Under the pieces are notes generated by a model. It saw only the letters and a list, made by a program, of their open reading frames with translations, was not told the DNA's origin and made no database searches. Positions 23,001 through 36,206 of a stretch of 64,000 nt of DNA are shown piece after piece. The position numbers were made by a program, and so were the translations under genes. This DNA comes from Phallusia mammillata (taxonomy: Eukaryota), in assembly GCA_965637545.1 (NCBI GenBank), contig OZ281498.1, positions 7,378,001 to 7,442,000 on the forward strand, given 5' to 3'. The stretch's first letter is position 1. Every line of letters starts with the position of its first letter.

Positions 23001-26000
23001 CATTGCTAACTGAGAATGTTGAACATATTTTGTTAGAAAATCTTTTATTATTATCAAAAGCTTCTGCTAGGGCTTTGGGAAATATCCATGTCAATCATTT
23101 GCTATCCCAGAGCCTTGTAAAACAAATTTACTTTGTTCCCAATTTTCGGTCGTTACGCTTACACGGCGCAATAAGACTCATTCAGAAAAACACAGAAATC
23201 CAATTTCTACTTGCGGCCAAACTAAGCGGTCGCCAATACAATGAAAGTTGTACGCTGGTGCGCAAAACCAACATCCGCCCCCCGTTTTGGAGCTTTTGTA
23301 AGTGTTATTCTTGTAAAGCGAACAATGCGATATGTTAACTCATGATTTCACCACAATTGCTTTAGGAGGAATAGGCCTTTATCGCTAGCCCATGAAAAAA
23401 CTTGTTCGTGTGGGACGAATGTTTAGGAGCAAACTATGTAAAAGAGATGTTGGCTACAAGTTTAAGACATAAACGTTTGCTGTGAATTTAATATCTGTGG
23501 TGGTGTTTTGAGCATGTGAAAGAAAAATGGTTATTACGGAAGCATAGAGTCTAAAAACTGGTAAGTAACTAATCAAAGGCAAGAAAGTTACGAGTATCTG
23601 CTGTATGTGGACTTTTTAACCGCATGCCCTATGTTCAGAACTGAAAATTTTCTTCTTCATTAGGTATGCATGCTTAATGACAAGAATGACCAACATACGA
23701 ACCAAGTGCGTAAATCGTGCCTTTGTTTGCGCCTGGAACTACTTTTCGCTTGCAATAATCTTCTGCTTGCTCATAGTGCTTGGCTTGTTTGTGCGGCGTA
23801 AACCCATCACAAGCATGCCAATATTGACAGTGTAAGTAAATGCATATTCTTGACTGACACAATGGATCAAAACAGGACTAACTGGAATGCAAAAAAACAA
23901 GGTTTTGGTTTCATGTTTGCAAGATACAGCAAATAAGCCAGCGATATTCTCATCGACAGAAAATAGTCATTTATCTCCTTACATTTTCCTCTCATTAGAA
24001 GTGGTTTTTGCTGCAGGAAAAGCCTGCGAAAAAATCGGAAAGGCCAGCAAAGAAGGAAAAGCAAAAGAAACCGAAAAGAGGGTCAAGGTCAGGTGAATCA
24101 CGTGACGACGAAGACATGAAAAAATCGGTGACGTTCGCGGTTGAAGAAAGCAAGGATGAAAACGAGGAACCTGTTCAAGTGAGATTGTATTTCAAAGTTT
24201 CAAGTTTCAAAGTCGATTAAAGAGTTTTAAACAATTGTAACCGCTTTGCTTCTCAAACGTTTGACGCTTGTGCTACACCAAGTAACACGTTATTTGGTAC
24301 ACTTTGCAGAGTAAAACTACTATTCGTACGGTAATTAAATAATTTACAACAAAAGCTTTTGTAACAAAACATAATCAAAATGAGATTCTACCGTTTATAT
24401 ACACTTCGGCATTTCTTCGCCAAGTCCTAAATATGAGCGTCTAACTCAGCAATTCGTAACTAGAAGATCACTCGTCCTAAATCTTTACCCAGCGATGTGT
24501 CAAAGTGTATTTGAAAACTTCAAAGTTGTGCATTCCCAAAAAGTGAGACTATATCAACGAAGTAACCTAATCTGTTAATACAAAGAGTGTTTATACATGT
24601 CGCATATATAAAAGCATTGTTCCCGTAGTCAACGGGGGTACCTCGCATACTGCAATATATTCATTCTCTATTGTTGTGGTTAAGATCAATCAGGAAGCAT
24701 TAAAACGAAGAGCCTCCCTACCACCACCCCCTCCCAAGCTTCTTCCAAAGAAAGAAGTTGTCGACAGTAGAAGAAAAAGAAGGTAAAACCTTTTACAGTT
24801 ACAGTGAAACCTAAGTAAAGTAGACTGGTTCCGCTATGCAACCTGTCAAATCCAACATTCAGTGTGAATATTATTATTTCTCACTTCATAAAGTTAATAG
24901 CACTGTAAATGTAGCTTGTGTGTACTTTACGTCATTTAAACAAGGCGTTTAGGGGAAGCACTATTCAAAGATTCTAGTAGTTTAACATAATCTTGAGTAG
25001 CAATATAAGTTTCAATACAAAAAGGAAAAAAAACTAAAATAAAACATGCAATTTCTCTTTTTGCAGAGAAAGTGTGCGAGTTTCGTTTTGTGAAAAGCCT
25101 CCAACTATGCCCAAAAAAGTAAGTATACACTCCCACACCGACCCTCAAACAGTTCTTCTCCTGACCTTGTAACAACATTGTAACATCACATATACACAGG
25201 AGAAAATCGACGAAGTACCGAGGCCCAAACCTGCCGCTGTCCGTCCCTACAACCAGCCGGAATGGTGCTCTATTCTCATAACAGTAACATTTCAGGACAA
25301 GCAGTACTCCCGCGAATTTCTGGAGTACAAGACGCTCCAGGTTCGAATGTTGTGTTGCCATGTTGTAACAACATTTTGTAATGTTTGTTGTGGGAGTCCT
25401 GGGAACATGTTGTGTCAGATTTGAGCGCAACTGATAACGGTCTGGCTATAAATGGGAGAAAAAAATCCCTTAACGGGCGTTCAAAGGCTGCTTTCTCAAA
25501 AAGGAGTTGTTGTACACATCAGTGGATAAAAATGGTTCCTAAAATAACATTTAAACAAAACGAGGGGAGATTTTTTATCCTATTGAAACCACGTTATTTT
25601 GTATAGGCTATTTCTTTCGAACCTTGATGTAAGTTTGCCTAAAACAACAAAATTGAGAACTTTGTAAAAAGTTCTTTTATGTGTTGCAATTTTCAAAGCA
25701 TATCATGTACTGCTAGCTTTAACGAAATTTGAAACACCTCAATCCCAAGGAAAAAATTGTAATTATATCCACTTTTGTTTTGTACTACTTAGGATCTTTA
25801 TACCTGGTTACGAGAGAAGTTTCTGGAAGATGAAACTCTGAAACCAGGCGCTGAACTTCTACTTCACCACGACAACCTGAAGTTTCCGCTTAAAGCCAAC
25901 ACAGCAAGCACGCAATTGAGCAACCTTCCAACTAGCGATTTTACATGCGAGCAGATCAGCAAGGTAAGTAAACTGTGAAACTTTAGGAAATTTCAATCCA

Positions 26001-28646
26001 TACGAATCTTATAATCCTCACACCAATATTATGTAATTATTTGGACTTTAAAATGGAAAGATTTGGGCAGGTAACAGTCAACATGCTTTTTATGATCAGT
26101 ATTATGGTTAAGTCCAAGTTTGTTCAATGTGAAAAAAAATTGTTAAAACTAATGTGCATAAAGAATGGCGGCACAATACCATCAAACGTGGAAGTATAAG
26201 CACTGGTGGGATTCAATTTATTTGTCAGCCGGTTCTCTCACACAAGTCATATTTTTCAGCCGGTTCTGTTACAAAAAGTCCATTGGCAGTAACCAGTAAC
26301 GCTAACCAGTTCGCTGATCTCATAAAATTTTATGAGACAATTCTATAGAACCGGTGCGAACTGGCTGAATCCGACCAATAAGTGTAATTAATACATAGTT
26401 GAAAGTGCCTCTTAAACCGATTGTGTCCATGTATGAAGTCCGTCAACGAATCAAACCCGTTTTACCCAAATTTAATCCCCGACTTGTAACACTAGATTAT
26501 CGTATTATTGCTATGTGTTCTTGAAACGAGTTTTTTTTAAAACAACAACAATTAACATCACATCAAAGTTTCAATTCTAGCTTATCTACAGTTTTCTAAA
26601 TTAACGCGTTTTCACAGGAGCAACAGGGAGGAGGTTTTGGTGAAGGAAGCAGCCGATTCGATACTCGATTTTCACTCCCTATCGATATGAGGAACTTGGA
26701 AAATCTTACGCCAGCTCAGTATCTCACTAAGTTCTGTAAGCTTCCTCCAACATGGAGAGCTTTTTACCGCAACACATTTACACAAAACGACAAGGACAGA
26801 GACGGGTGGGTAAAAAAACTATTGATTTTTTTTAGAATATGTAACAAAGTGGTGACACACACGGAGTTGCCAAATTCTAAATACGAACTAAAGTATGTTC
26901 GCTTGTAAACTAGCAAATAACGACGAAAAGGCCCGGTGACTAGTTTTTTTAGGTGATATATAACCTAAATTTTTGATTGTTTGAACATGTAGTGTTTAGA
27001 TTACCTAAAGTGTGTAGGTTATTTAGGTGCTGTTTTGTTTTCAATCAAATTACCCACTGAAAATTAACAACATAAATCTTATAGACAAGAATCAAGCCAA
27101 TAAGCCATGGTGATGTATGACTTTTCCGTTTGTTACTCTTGACAAACCGTAGTGCCGTCAGATGGCCACACTATAGCCAATACGGCATATGTCTTGTCAC
27201 CAGCTGCACCGATGAGACCCATAAGTCAGTGGTTCTCAAACTTTTTTGACCTCGACCCAAATCTGAGTTTTATGAACATCTCACGACCCAAGCCTCAAAC
27301 GTCAAAACATGTATTAACGAGACGGACTGCAATTTCGAGGTCATGTCGTCGCCGCATAGGAGTCTGCCCATGTCAAAATGGCTGCAGGCTTAACGAGGTC
27401 GATTTGTTCGACAACACTGCATAACACAACACACATTTTGGCTTTGAAGCACCATGATCATTGATAGAAGTGAATCCCAAATCTGAAAAAAATTCCTTGT
27501 ACGAATACTTACTCATCCTTAAACGCTAACTGTTACATCTCCACGTTCAGTTTCGCATTATTAACTTGTTCTATTATTTCCCGTGCTACGACGTTACAAT
27601 CGCCATGTGCGTAACAGTAAAAATTGGAAGGCTATTGTCTGCATGTTGCAATGATTGGTTCATTTTACTATACAACGTGGTCGAGTAAGGTGACTATACT
27701 ACTACAAGTAAATTCGTTTGTGTTTACTTAATGCAGTAATAGTTCGTTTGGGCAGAATTGAATCACCATAGCGCAACCCATTTTTTTGACCCTACGCGAC
27801 GCATACTTTGAGAACCACTGTTATAAGTCGAAAAAGTGTGCACTGACTGTAGCTTACTTAACCCAATCTTGTTGCAGAAAACTAACCTTCAAGGAGCTCG
27901 ACCAGGCAATGGAGCATCTCTTTGTCGAACTCGCGGTGCCTCTTCTAAATCGAGTTCTGTACCTCATGGGAATCGATCCCAGGTCGCAAAATCTTGATCA
28001 CGTTAAAGCATTTGAGCTGAACACAGTTTGCAGAACTGATGATTTGGATGTGGGATCTGGAAAGAAGAGATCAGTTCCTCCGTGGCAAAATCATCTTACC
28101 GTGGATGTGGACACGTTTATATCGATGTGCGCTCTCGGAAACAGGATCATCTGTCGAGAAAAAGAAATGTAAGCAATTTGTTGACCAAGTGTAAAACGCT
28201 GTATTCAACACAAGCAAGGGCTGGTAAATGCTGTAATTGAAAGCTTCAAAATGCACAACTCAAAATTTAAACACATATGATGAGGGTTTTAAGTTCTTTT
28301 TCTGTAATAATTCTGGGCGAGCCATCGAAGTCATTTACTATATATCAAAAAGTGTGAAGCAAACTTTACTGATTGTTTAGAAGTCGTAGAAACCCATAAA
28401 AACGTCACATAACTCTTGTTCTAGTTGAAACCAACTGTATTGCTATCATGGTACCTTTATGGGTTTAAAGCCAACTGTAGCTCATTTGCCGGCATTTTTT
28501 ACAGTGATGGAATTCCGGTAGATTCAATAAAACAACGCGGCACCGAACTCGAAGACGCCGATTTTTACAACATCGAGGGAAAATTAAAATCTTTTAATAT
28601 CCAACCTTCGACCAGAAAACTTCTCATTTACATCAGAAACAGATGA
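17093..28646 (+). CDS. Uncharacterised protein of about 993 aa with a C-terminal EF-hand, 17 exons
   Basis: Exons: 17093-17230, 17917-18250, 18800-18906, 19506-19715, 20138-20267, 20584-20645, 21217-21375, 21602-21821, 21969-22327, 23999-24178, 24685-24782, 25067-25118, 25200-25340, 25793-25963, 26618-26805, 27878-28168, 28505-28646. All introns are GT-AG with matching phases (2982 nt). The EF-hand DKDRDGKLTFKE forms only across the exon 15/16 junction. An in-frame TAA at 17045 lies upstream of the ATG. The 5' exons are less certain than the 3' exons. Confidence 0.72.
17366..17767. mobile_element. hAT-type MITE (402 bp) in intron 1 of the EF-hand gene
   Basis: TIR CAGCGGTTCCCAAACT / AGTTTGGGAACCACTG; exact 8-bp TSD ATTTAGAA (17358-17365 and 17768-17775). 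Confidence 0.92.
26201..26377. mobile_element. Degenerate short MITE
   Basis: Left end CACTGGTGGGATTCA, right end TGAATCCGACCA (truncated); internal CCGGTT/AACCGG motifs; TSD only partly recognisable (ATAAG). Confidence 0.5.
27227..27820. mobile_element. hAT-type MITE (594 bp) in intron 15 of the EF-hand gene
   Basis: TIR CAGTGGTTCTCAAA / TTTGAGAACCACTG (14/14); TSD CCATAAGT / TTATAAGT (6/8). Confidence 0.85.
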
Positions 28647-29331
28647 AAACACTTAACATAAAGTCAACCAGACTTGCTAAAAACAAGAAGCAAGAAGTTT
28701 GCAGGACAAAGCGTCTGCCCTAACACCAGGCTTACTTGCTCGACACAACAATTGTGCGAAGAGAAAGTGAAATTACAAGGGATAAAAAAGTTCAAACTCA
28801 TGCCCGACAAAATTAAAAACGTGACCCAAACACTATGTCAACTGCTCAAAACAAGATATTGATAAGTCCTAATCGTTAAAGAGGTGTACAGTGCAATGAC
28901 CATTGTTTGTGACACTTGTTAAGATGTTTAAGTCACAGATGTTAAACAAATTACCACACAGTGTCGCAATTGAGTCAAAAGTGTCTTAGCCTTATGATAC
29001 GCGTTGCAGTTTTCTTACAATTCTATGTTCGTATTGCTGGCGTGATGCGCGTGAAAATGATTTGTCTGCTCTTTCCAGCAGGGATGGTCAACCTTCTTCG
29101 CGTTACGGGCCGGTTTATTTAGGGCAATAATTTCCAGATAGGAGGTGTCTTGTTCTAAGTGTCCAGCCCACAATATGTAATGTTTTTGTGTTAACCCGTA
29201 ATAAACTTCTAAAGGTTGACTATGATGTTTGCCGACCACTGAATTCGTTTGGGTTAAAAATCAATCAAACTGTGGTATAATGGGGTTTAAACATTTTGTC
29301 TTGATGGATTTTAAGGTTTAAGCTTGGAGTA

Positions 29332-29337
29332 AATAAA
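29332..29337 (+). promoter_or_regulatory. Candidate polyadenylation signal of the EF-hand gene
   Basis: The first AATAAA I found downstream of the stop at 28646. Confidence 0.3.
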
Positions 29338-31901
29338 GCCAATAACATCAAGTAATTATGTTTCCAACGTTTTTTGAAAAAAATCAACAAAGTTAACTTT
29401 CAAATCGTATATGAGTTTTGGCCAAGAAGTCACAATGCAAGTTATAAAAGGAAAGTTAATGTTGGACCTTCGGAGGTTGAACGAATATTTAATAACAATT
29501 CATTACTATGTATGGTGACAGCCGGCGACACCTCTAAAAAATTCCCGCCTATTTGAATGGCTGATTTTCAGCACTAACCTAAAAAGCAGACATACCAAAT
29601 TGCACACTGGCTTGAAATGCTCGTGCTTGTAATAACACTGTTAAAGTACGCACCTCTAAGAGCGCGTACTGCACTAGTAATAATTAAGCGAACTAAAAGT
29701 GGAAATTTTGAACATACCGTGGTGGTTACCACTGGGCTGGTCGCCGTTTCTGTTAGCTACGTATTATGAAATCACAAAGGCCAGGTCTTGGTGATTACGT
29801 CCTAAAAGCAAAATTGCGATGTACAACACCCGGTGATTTTCGTATCAACGTGACTTGCTTTTTAAGGAGCTCTCGTTAACGGTACTTCCATAGGCCGGTA
29901 GCAAACATCACTTATCAATGTACTGATTGAATTTCGAAACAGGACATTTCGCTGATGGCCCACTTGGCTTATTGGCACGTGTCAATGGAATATAAGTTTT
30001 ACAACAATTTTAGTCGGTTTTTGGTATTTTAACCGATTTCTGTATCTTTACACAAATGTAAAATCACAGTTGTTGGAGTTAGGGAAAATTAGGCTCAATG
30101 TCGACTAAGTGTCCATGTCTTCACGGTTTTCAACCACTTTAATGCTATCTTATTGTGTTATACCAGAGTTTCTTAACCTAAAAAGGTATTACTTTTTCCC
30201 AAGAACAACCAATTGAAGATTTAACTTTGTCATCGTTTCCGTTTTGTCATCTCACAACGTCACTGATACTTGCCTATGTGATATTTTACGATAAACAAGC
30301 ATTTTCGACCCACATTAATAATTTTGTTTCTTTAAACTTACAATTTCTATTCACTGTTATGGAAAATACACGAGTAAAACGTGGATGTCTTTAGAGGAGA
30401 AACTTCTTTGTGATATTACCTTTACTATCCCGAGAAATGGTTGACGATTTACCAATCAAAAACAAGCTATGCGGGCCGAGCTAATTAGGCATGGGTGGTC
30501 GTATAATTACCATGTTTTCAAAATTAAAAACTTTTTCGAGGTACCAGTTGCTTTCAACAAACCAAAAAAATCAAGCTATGTTTACTTGAAGTTAGAGGTT
30601 CACCCTTTGAGTCTGGCAGCGCACAAAAGAACACAGTCTACTTTTGCAACCTTAACCATTTGTCCAACAAGCTGTCTATACAAATTAACCGCATCATCAC
30701 TACGCGTATGGCATTGTCTGCGCCATAGCTTTACACAAGGCAACAGACCTTCCAAAACAGTCTAGGGTTCGTAACTTTGACCGCAAATCACGGTTAGTTT
30801 ACCCATTGGGCAGACACACGGCTCCCGAAGCTGTTATGGCAACACACGCAACGCAGGAAACATAAATTGTAACCACGCATTGAGACACAAAAGAACCCAT
30901 TAGCCTGACTCATAATAGGTTACATATAGTTTAGAATACACGATGGTGCACGCGTCGGGTTCGCTGAGGCAATGTAGACGGTTTTAGGTTCAAGTTTAAA
31001 TGCTACCTGATTGATGGAATGTCAAGTTATGACAGTTTTGTAACTGTTTTGCCTATAGCGTCCTGTAATTGAACGCATACGCCAAAAATCACTTAAAATG
31101 AAAGCCTATATCAAGCGTTCCACACTTCTGTTGTTTACCAAATCAGAAGTACAGAAGTATACACCCAGTCTTCACCACCAAACGCTTGTAAAGTATTCTG
31201 GTTAAGTTTTAATTGGGCAGTAAAGTTTTACATAAAGAATCGAGAAATCGTATTTTACAGAAACATCCATTTACAATCAACGGGTATATAGAATTGATTC
31301 TCCTAAAGTAGTTTTTTCTGAAACGAACCGCTCTTCCATCCTACCCCCCAAAGCATCGTGCATTTAAGCATGTACGAAACAAAAAGGGAAAATTAACCAT
31401 TTACCAGAAGTGCATTGCAGTCTTGAGCCCAATTACGTACGCGCCTGAGCCATAGCAGTGGATAAGTTGCAATTATTGCCCCCCTCTGTCGCTGCTTGGA
31501 GGCGAAAACCTATCTTCAATTCCCTATACCGTTACAAGTTCGTTGAGTTGGCCACCTCTTAAATAATTGCCCATGATAATTAAAGCTGATTCGGGGTTAG
31601 ATGTGGTTATTATACTTGTTTTTATTTAAACGAACCTCCCAATTTTGTAGTTACAGTTTTTATTTAGCTTTTACGTTATGTGACTAAGGGTTTCAGGGGG
31701 ATTACTGGAAATTTTTCTTTACGCCGACAAATTGTAGGAGCAGCGCAATTTTCAAAGCGAGTGTATAAGATTGTAATTCTAAAATATTGCTTTATAATTG
31801 TTAGTTACTGCACAATGCTGTACTCACACGTGATTAAACTGTAGCCTATATCCAGTAACTAAAAATACCAGGAATGTTGTTTTACTGTGTATTACTTGAT
31901 G

Positions 31902-31932
31902 TGACGTCAAAACATACGTAAATGTGACGTCA
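31902..31932. promoter_or_regulatory. Pair of full CRE/ATF palindromes
   Basis: TGACGTCA at 31902-31909 and 31925-31932, each preceded by ATG. Confidence 0.4.
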
Positions 31933-34900
31933 TGCGTTGTCTAAACTTTTGCCAGTGACAATTTATCTCAATGATCTTGACCCATTGTCAAAATACATCA
32001 AGACCATGTTGCATCCGGTTTAGATCAAGTAGACCTTCATCAAGTTTACAAGACATGAACGTCGTTGTGCATTTCGACGTTATCAGCTCACAAGTGTCCT
32101 TTTGCCGGCGAAGAAAGACACAAGCGCTCGGATGTCCCGCTTAACCATGCACCCAACCGCACGCTCGCAATGATGGATGTCTGTTTTCATAACCTGACGC
32201 GGTCTCAAACAGCAAAACAAATCCGGCGTCTGTGGGCGAAAGACGCTTAACGTCGAAACAACACAATCCATTATCGTGCCCAATAATTCCATTGGTTTCC
32301 ATATCAATTTCAATGCCAACATATATCCGCGGCTTTGTGTGTTGTAATAGGTAAAAGTACACTAGGAAAAAGGACACAAATTTTGTGCTTCGGGACAAAA
32401 TCAAAAGAGTATCTCCAATTCTTTTGGGTGCTGCAATTATTGGAAGTACATTGCAGATTCGGCAAGACAGTGTTTCTTATGCCTAACATTGGTGGACTGA
32501 AATTAGTCTGTAAAAGATTTTTATGTGGGTGGGCTTATCCTTCTCACGACAGGCAACACGTATTTTTAAGACACTGTTTCATTACAGATTGTCCTACGAC
32601 TGCCAATAGCCATACGAAGGCAAAAAAAAAACTGTAGTAGAATATGGAAGGTTAAAAAAACACTGCGTTACGAAAATCACCTTTAAAGTGCAAAGCCTTA
32701 GTTGACCCTTGGTTATTTCTTCCGACGGGCTGAATCGTCTTGTTTCCGCACGTCACCAATTAGCAAGCTCTTAAGTTTAACTTTTACTTGTCGTCAAACT
32801 TCTCGCACACGTCAGAAGCGATCGCAGTAATCTCGTTTGCGTTCGCCCGACCGGGTCAACTCCAAATACAATTAAAGAGCCCTTGGGAGCGTGGGCGGGA
32901 ACCCTGAGCCCCAACCTCATGTTTTGACCCTTTTAGTTAAGGATTATGCAGGGAGGTTTTGTTTGCTACCTTTGAAAATCTCTGAAAAAGTATCTGCGTA
33001 GAATGGAATAAAAACACGAATTGTAGAAAAAACGCAACTCTGTTACTAAGAGTCAACAACACCCATACATGGCGATTCACTTTGACGCAAGGTTACTTAA
33101 CCTGGGTATCGTTAACACATAGAGGTACTGAGAGTATAGTCAAAGGGTACGTAGGCCTTTATTCGCGAGGTCACATGAAGAAATGCTTCAGTTTTTTGCT
33201 TCATATTTCAACATTGCTCAGACTCTTTCATCATAAAAAAAAACTGTTTCGATTATTGCAATATGTTACAGTTTTCTCAAGTGGCTTGCAACTTTTGTCC
33301 AAAATGTATTGGGGCTTCAGGACATGAAATACATAAGAGGCTTAAATCCGGGTTCCGGGTTTCGACACACGCTAATTTACTGAGATTTGAATTTTAAGGC
33401 GGGTAAAATCAGAACCAAATTATGTGTTGTAAACAGATAGTTTAACCAATAAATTTTACTTTACCACAGGTCGTAAGTTACCACCGACAACGATTTGCAG
33501 ATTATTCGCAGCCGCACTTTAGCCTAATTGAGCTTATCTCATTATTTATCAACTGTAAAACACAACGAGGCAAGCCACGAAGCTGCGCCTGCACCAGGCC
33601 ACCCACTGAGCCTTCCTTCGTCAAAACTGCCACCGTGTTTGTTGTTCATTTCTAATGCTGTCAGACAAAGCCAAGTACAAAATGACCTGACTTTCGCTTA
33701 AGCCGCCATTGTGCAGGAAATTATGGTCACAGCCGTGCGACGATGTGGTTCAGTGTCTTCTTAATTTGTGTGTTGTGCGGGTCTGGGGCCGCGCTATATC
33801 CATAAAGGGGTTAAGAGCTGTTGACGTGGGTGTTAGGACCCACTTATACCAAGTTAACCGCGACAAGCTGTTGGGCTGTCAGTTAATACAAAAGACTACA
33901 ACAATGTTTAAAGGAGATGTAAGACTGATGTAAATTTGACTGATTTTGCACATTTTCGAAGGCTCATTGTAACGTTTTCACAATTATGGGTATATAAATT
34001 CCTTCTGAAAATTGTTTGCTTCGGATTTTTCACAAATTATAAAAATTAAAGTAACGCAAAACATATTTCAGATAAAATATTTCATATCATCATGTTGGCA
34101 AAAATAATAATTCCTAAAAATTCTAAGTTATTTGACAACAAATTACTCCAGGTTGAAACAGTTTACGAAAACAGCCACATTTAGCAGTAAAAAAACAAGG
34201 GCTTTCAGGTCAAGTGGGTAGTTGGGGAACTCCGAACGAAGAAAACTCACATTCGTTACAAAGCACTTTGGAAATAGATAACCACGTCGTCACGGCAAGG
34301 ACAGAGCGGCATCGAAACCAAGGATGTGGAAAATTCCGCAACTTGCGTCATCCACAAACGGAGTGGGAAATCCGCTAACGAAGCGCGACCATAGCGAATT
34401 GCAACAAACACAACCTGTGCGAAGTCCACAAGGTAACGTGGTAAATTACAAAGGCACCAGACAGCTGTATCCCAGCATCAAATTAGCTGGTAGATCAACA
34501 GAAGGTCTTCGTCAACAAGCGAACAACCGGGCACATGTTTTTGCACTCAGATGACAGCGTTTGACGTGGTCGAGCTCCTGTGATCAGTAATATGACACCC
34601 GTGAAGACTTAAACCGTCAGTTCACCAAATGACGCCTGCTGACAGGGTCAATACGTTGCGATAAGTTCATTAATTAAAACCACCGCTCGCGGCTTGTTGC
34701 CAGCGCCCGGCATAAAAACAAACATCTCGTTAAACCAAGCATCTTTTGCAGCCAAATGCATTGCGGAACAACACATCAGCCGATCAATCACCCTTATCAT
34801 CTTTCCTCGTATATGCGCCTCTCGATAAAAGTAAACCCAACCGACTTGAAGGGTGTCAAGAGGCATCGTTTGATCGATTAATATTTGTTGCCAGTATTTT

Positions 34901-35888
34901 ATACGCTGATCTATACGCAAACTTTGACTTCATGAAATTTTGTAGAATGCAGACAATGCGTTATTACGAAATGCGGTGTGTTATTACCGACAATACAGTT
35001 TGGCATTAGGCTGTTGCATACCATCGTTCTCATCTGCGGTAAAAACTCTTTCGAAAATGTCAAGTAGTTTCCCAAACAAAATATAATATACAACCAAAAA
35101 ATGTTGATTGTGGTATTTTTATGAGAAAAATCGATCTCGTAAAATGTGCAGTTTAGATTCACAAAAAACATTATTGGGAAGTCAATTTAGTATCATACAT
35201 TTCGCTTGAAAAGATCCGAGTTGGATTTGAACCCATTACCTCACGAACAAGTTGTGTTTTGCAACCTATGGCTTTGGGGGTTTGAAAAATGTGACAGTAG
35301 CTTAACCTTGGGCTTTTATCGTAGTATTGTTTAGAACTGTAACCAAAAACCAAGGATTTCAACCCAAAATTAAACAGTTCCGAACAAAAATGAAAACCTC
35401 GACTAATATGGGCCGAGCGATTTTAGGAATGTAAGTTTTGCATGGGCTGACGGATAGGTATATTGATATTTTGTCACGCAAATTAGTGTGACATATATGC
35501 TTCAATAAGGCCGACAAACGCAAGGCAGCCGGACGCTGGGTTGTTAAAAGGTAGCTAAGTCTGCACGGATGGCAAAGGCGTGTCCACACCTTTCCGCTCT
35601 TGTTGTGTGTTGATACGCCAACAAGCTAAATTAGGGCTTGGGCATGATACTAATGGTGTGCTGTTGTAGGCTACTAGGCGTAGACTTGTCGATTGCAAAT
35701 AATTCTGTGGGACAAGCTGGTTGTTGCGCAAGTTTCTAATTTAAAACCTTGATATTCCACTGTTGTTAATTTTATGTTGGAAAGGCCAGTTCATATCTTA
35801 ATAACAAACGACATATTAAGATTATTAAACGTTTCGGCAAGCAACTGCAGTCATCTTCAGTAAATTAAGGACTTTCTATATACTAACA

Positions 35889-36206
35889 CAGTGGTTCCCA
35901 ACCGGGGAGGAATTCCTCCCTAGGGAGGAATTTTATGAGTTCAGGGGAGGAATTTCATAAAACCTACAGAAAAATTACATTGAAAATGTTACAGAATATT
36001 TTTGTTTTTACATTATTATGTATTATTATAATTTGGACCCGGTTCACATTTGGTAAAGGATTCTGAATGGACATCCCTAATTATAAGGTCTATTTCAAAA
36101 TGCTTTAATTTTTAATGTTATGTTTGTTTTTCTTCTTATGGGGAGGAATGAATAGTTCGAAAATGGGCGAAGGGAGGAATGTAACAAAAAAGGTTGGGAA
36201 CCACTG
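35889..36206. mobile_element. hAT-type MITE (318 bp)
   Basis: TIR CAGTGGTTCCCAACC / GGTTGGGAACCACTG (15/15); exact TSD TACTAACA (35881-35888 and 36207-36214); repeated subterminal GGGAGGAAT motifs. Confidence 0.93.

Noticed and set aside
29079-29241. CAGGGATGGTCAACC ... GCCGACCACTG possible MITE
   Set aside because: The ends pair poorly and there is no TSD; probably an old fragment.
35215-35300. tRNA or tRNA-derived SINE (B-box GGTTCAAATCC on the minus strand); similar B-box at about 15361
   Set aside because: No cloverleaf or convincing A-box; at most degenerate SINE remnants.
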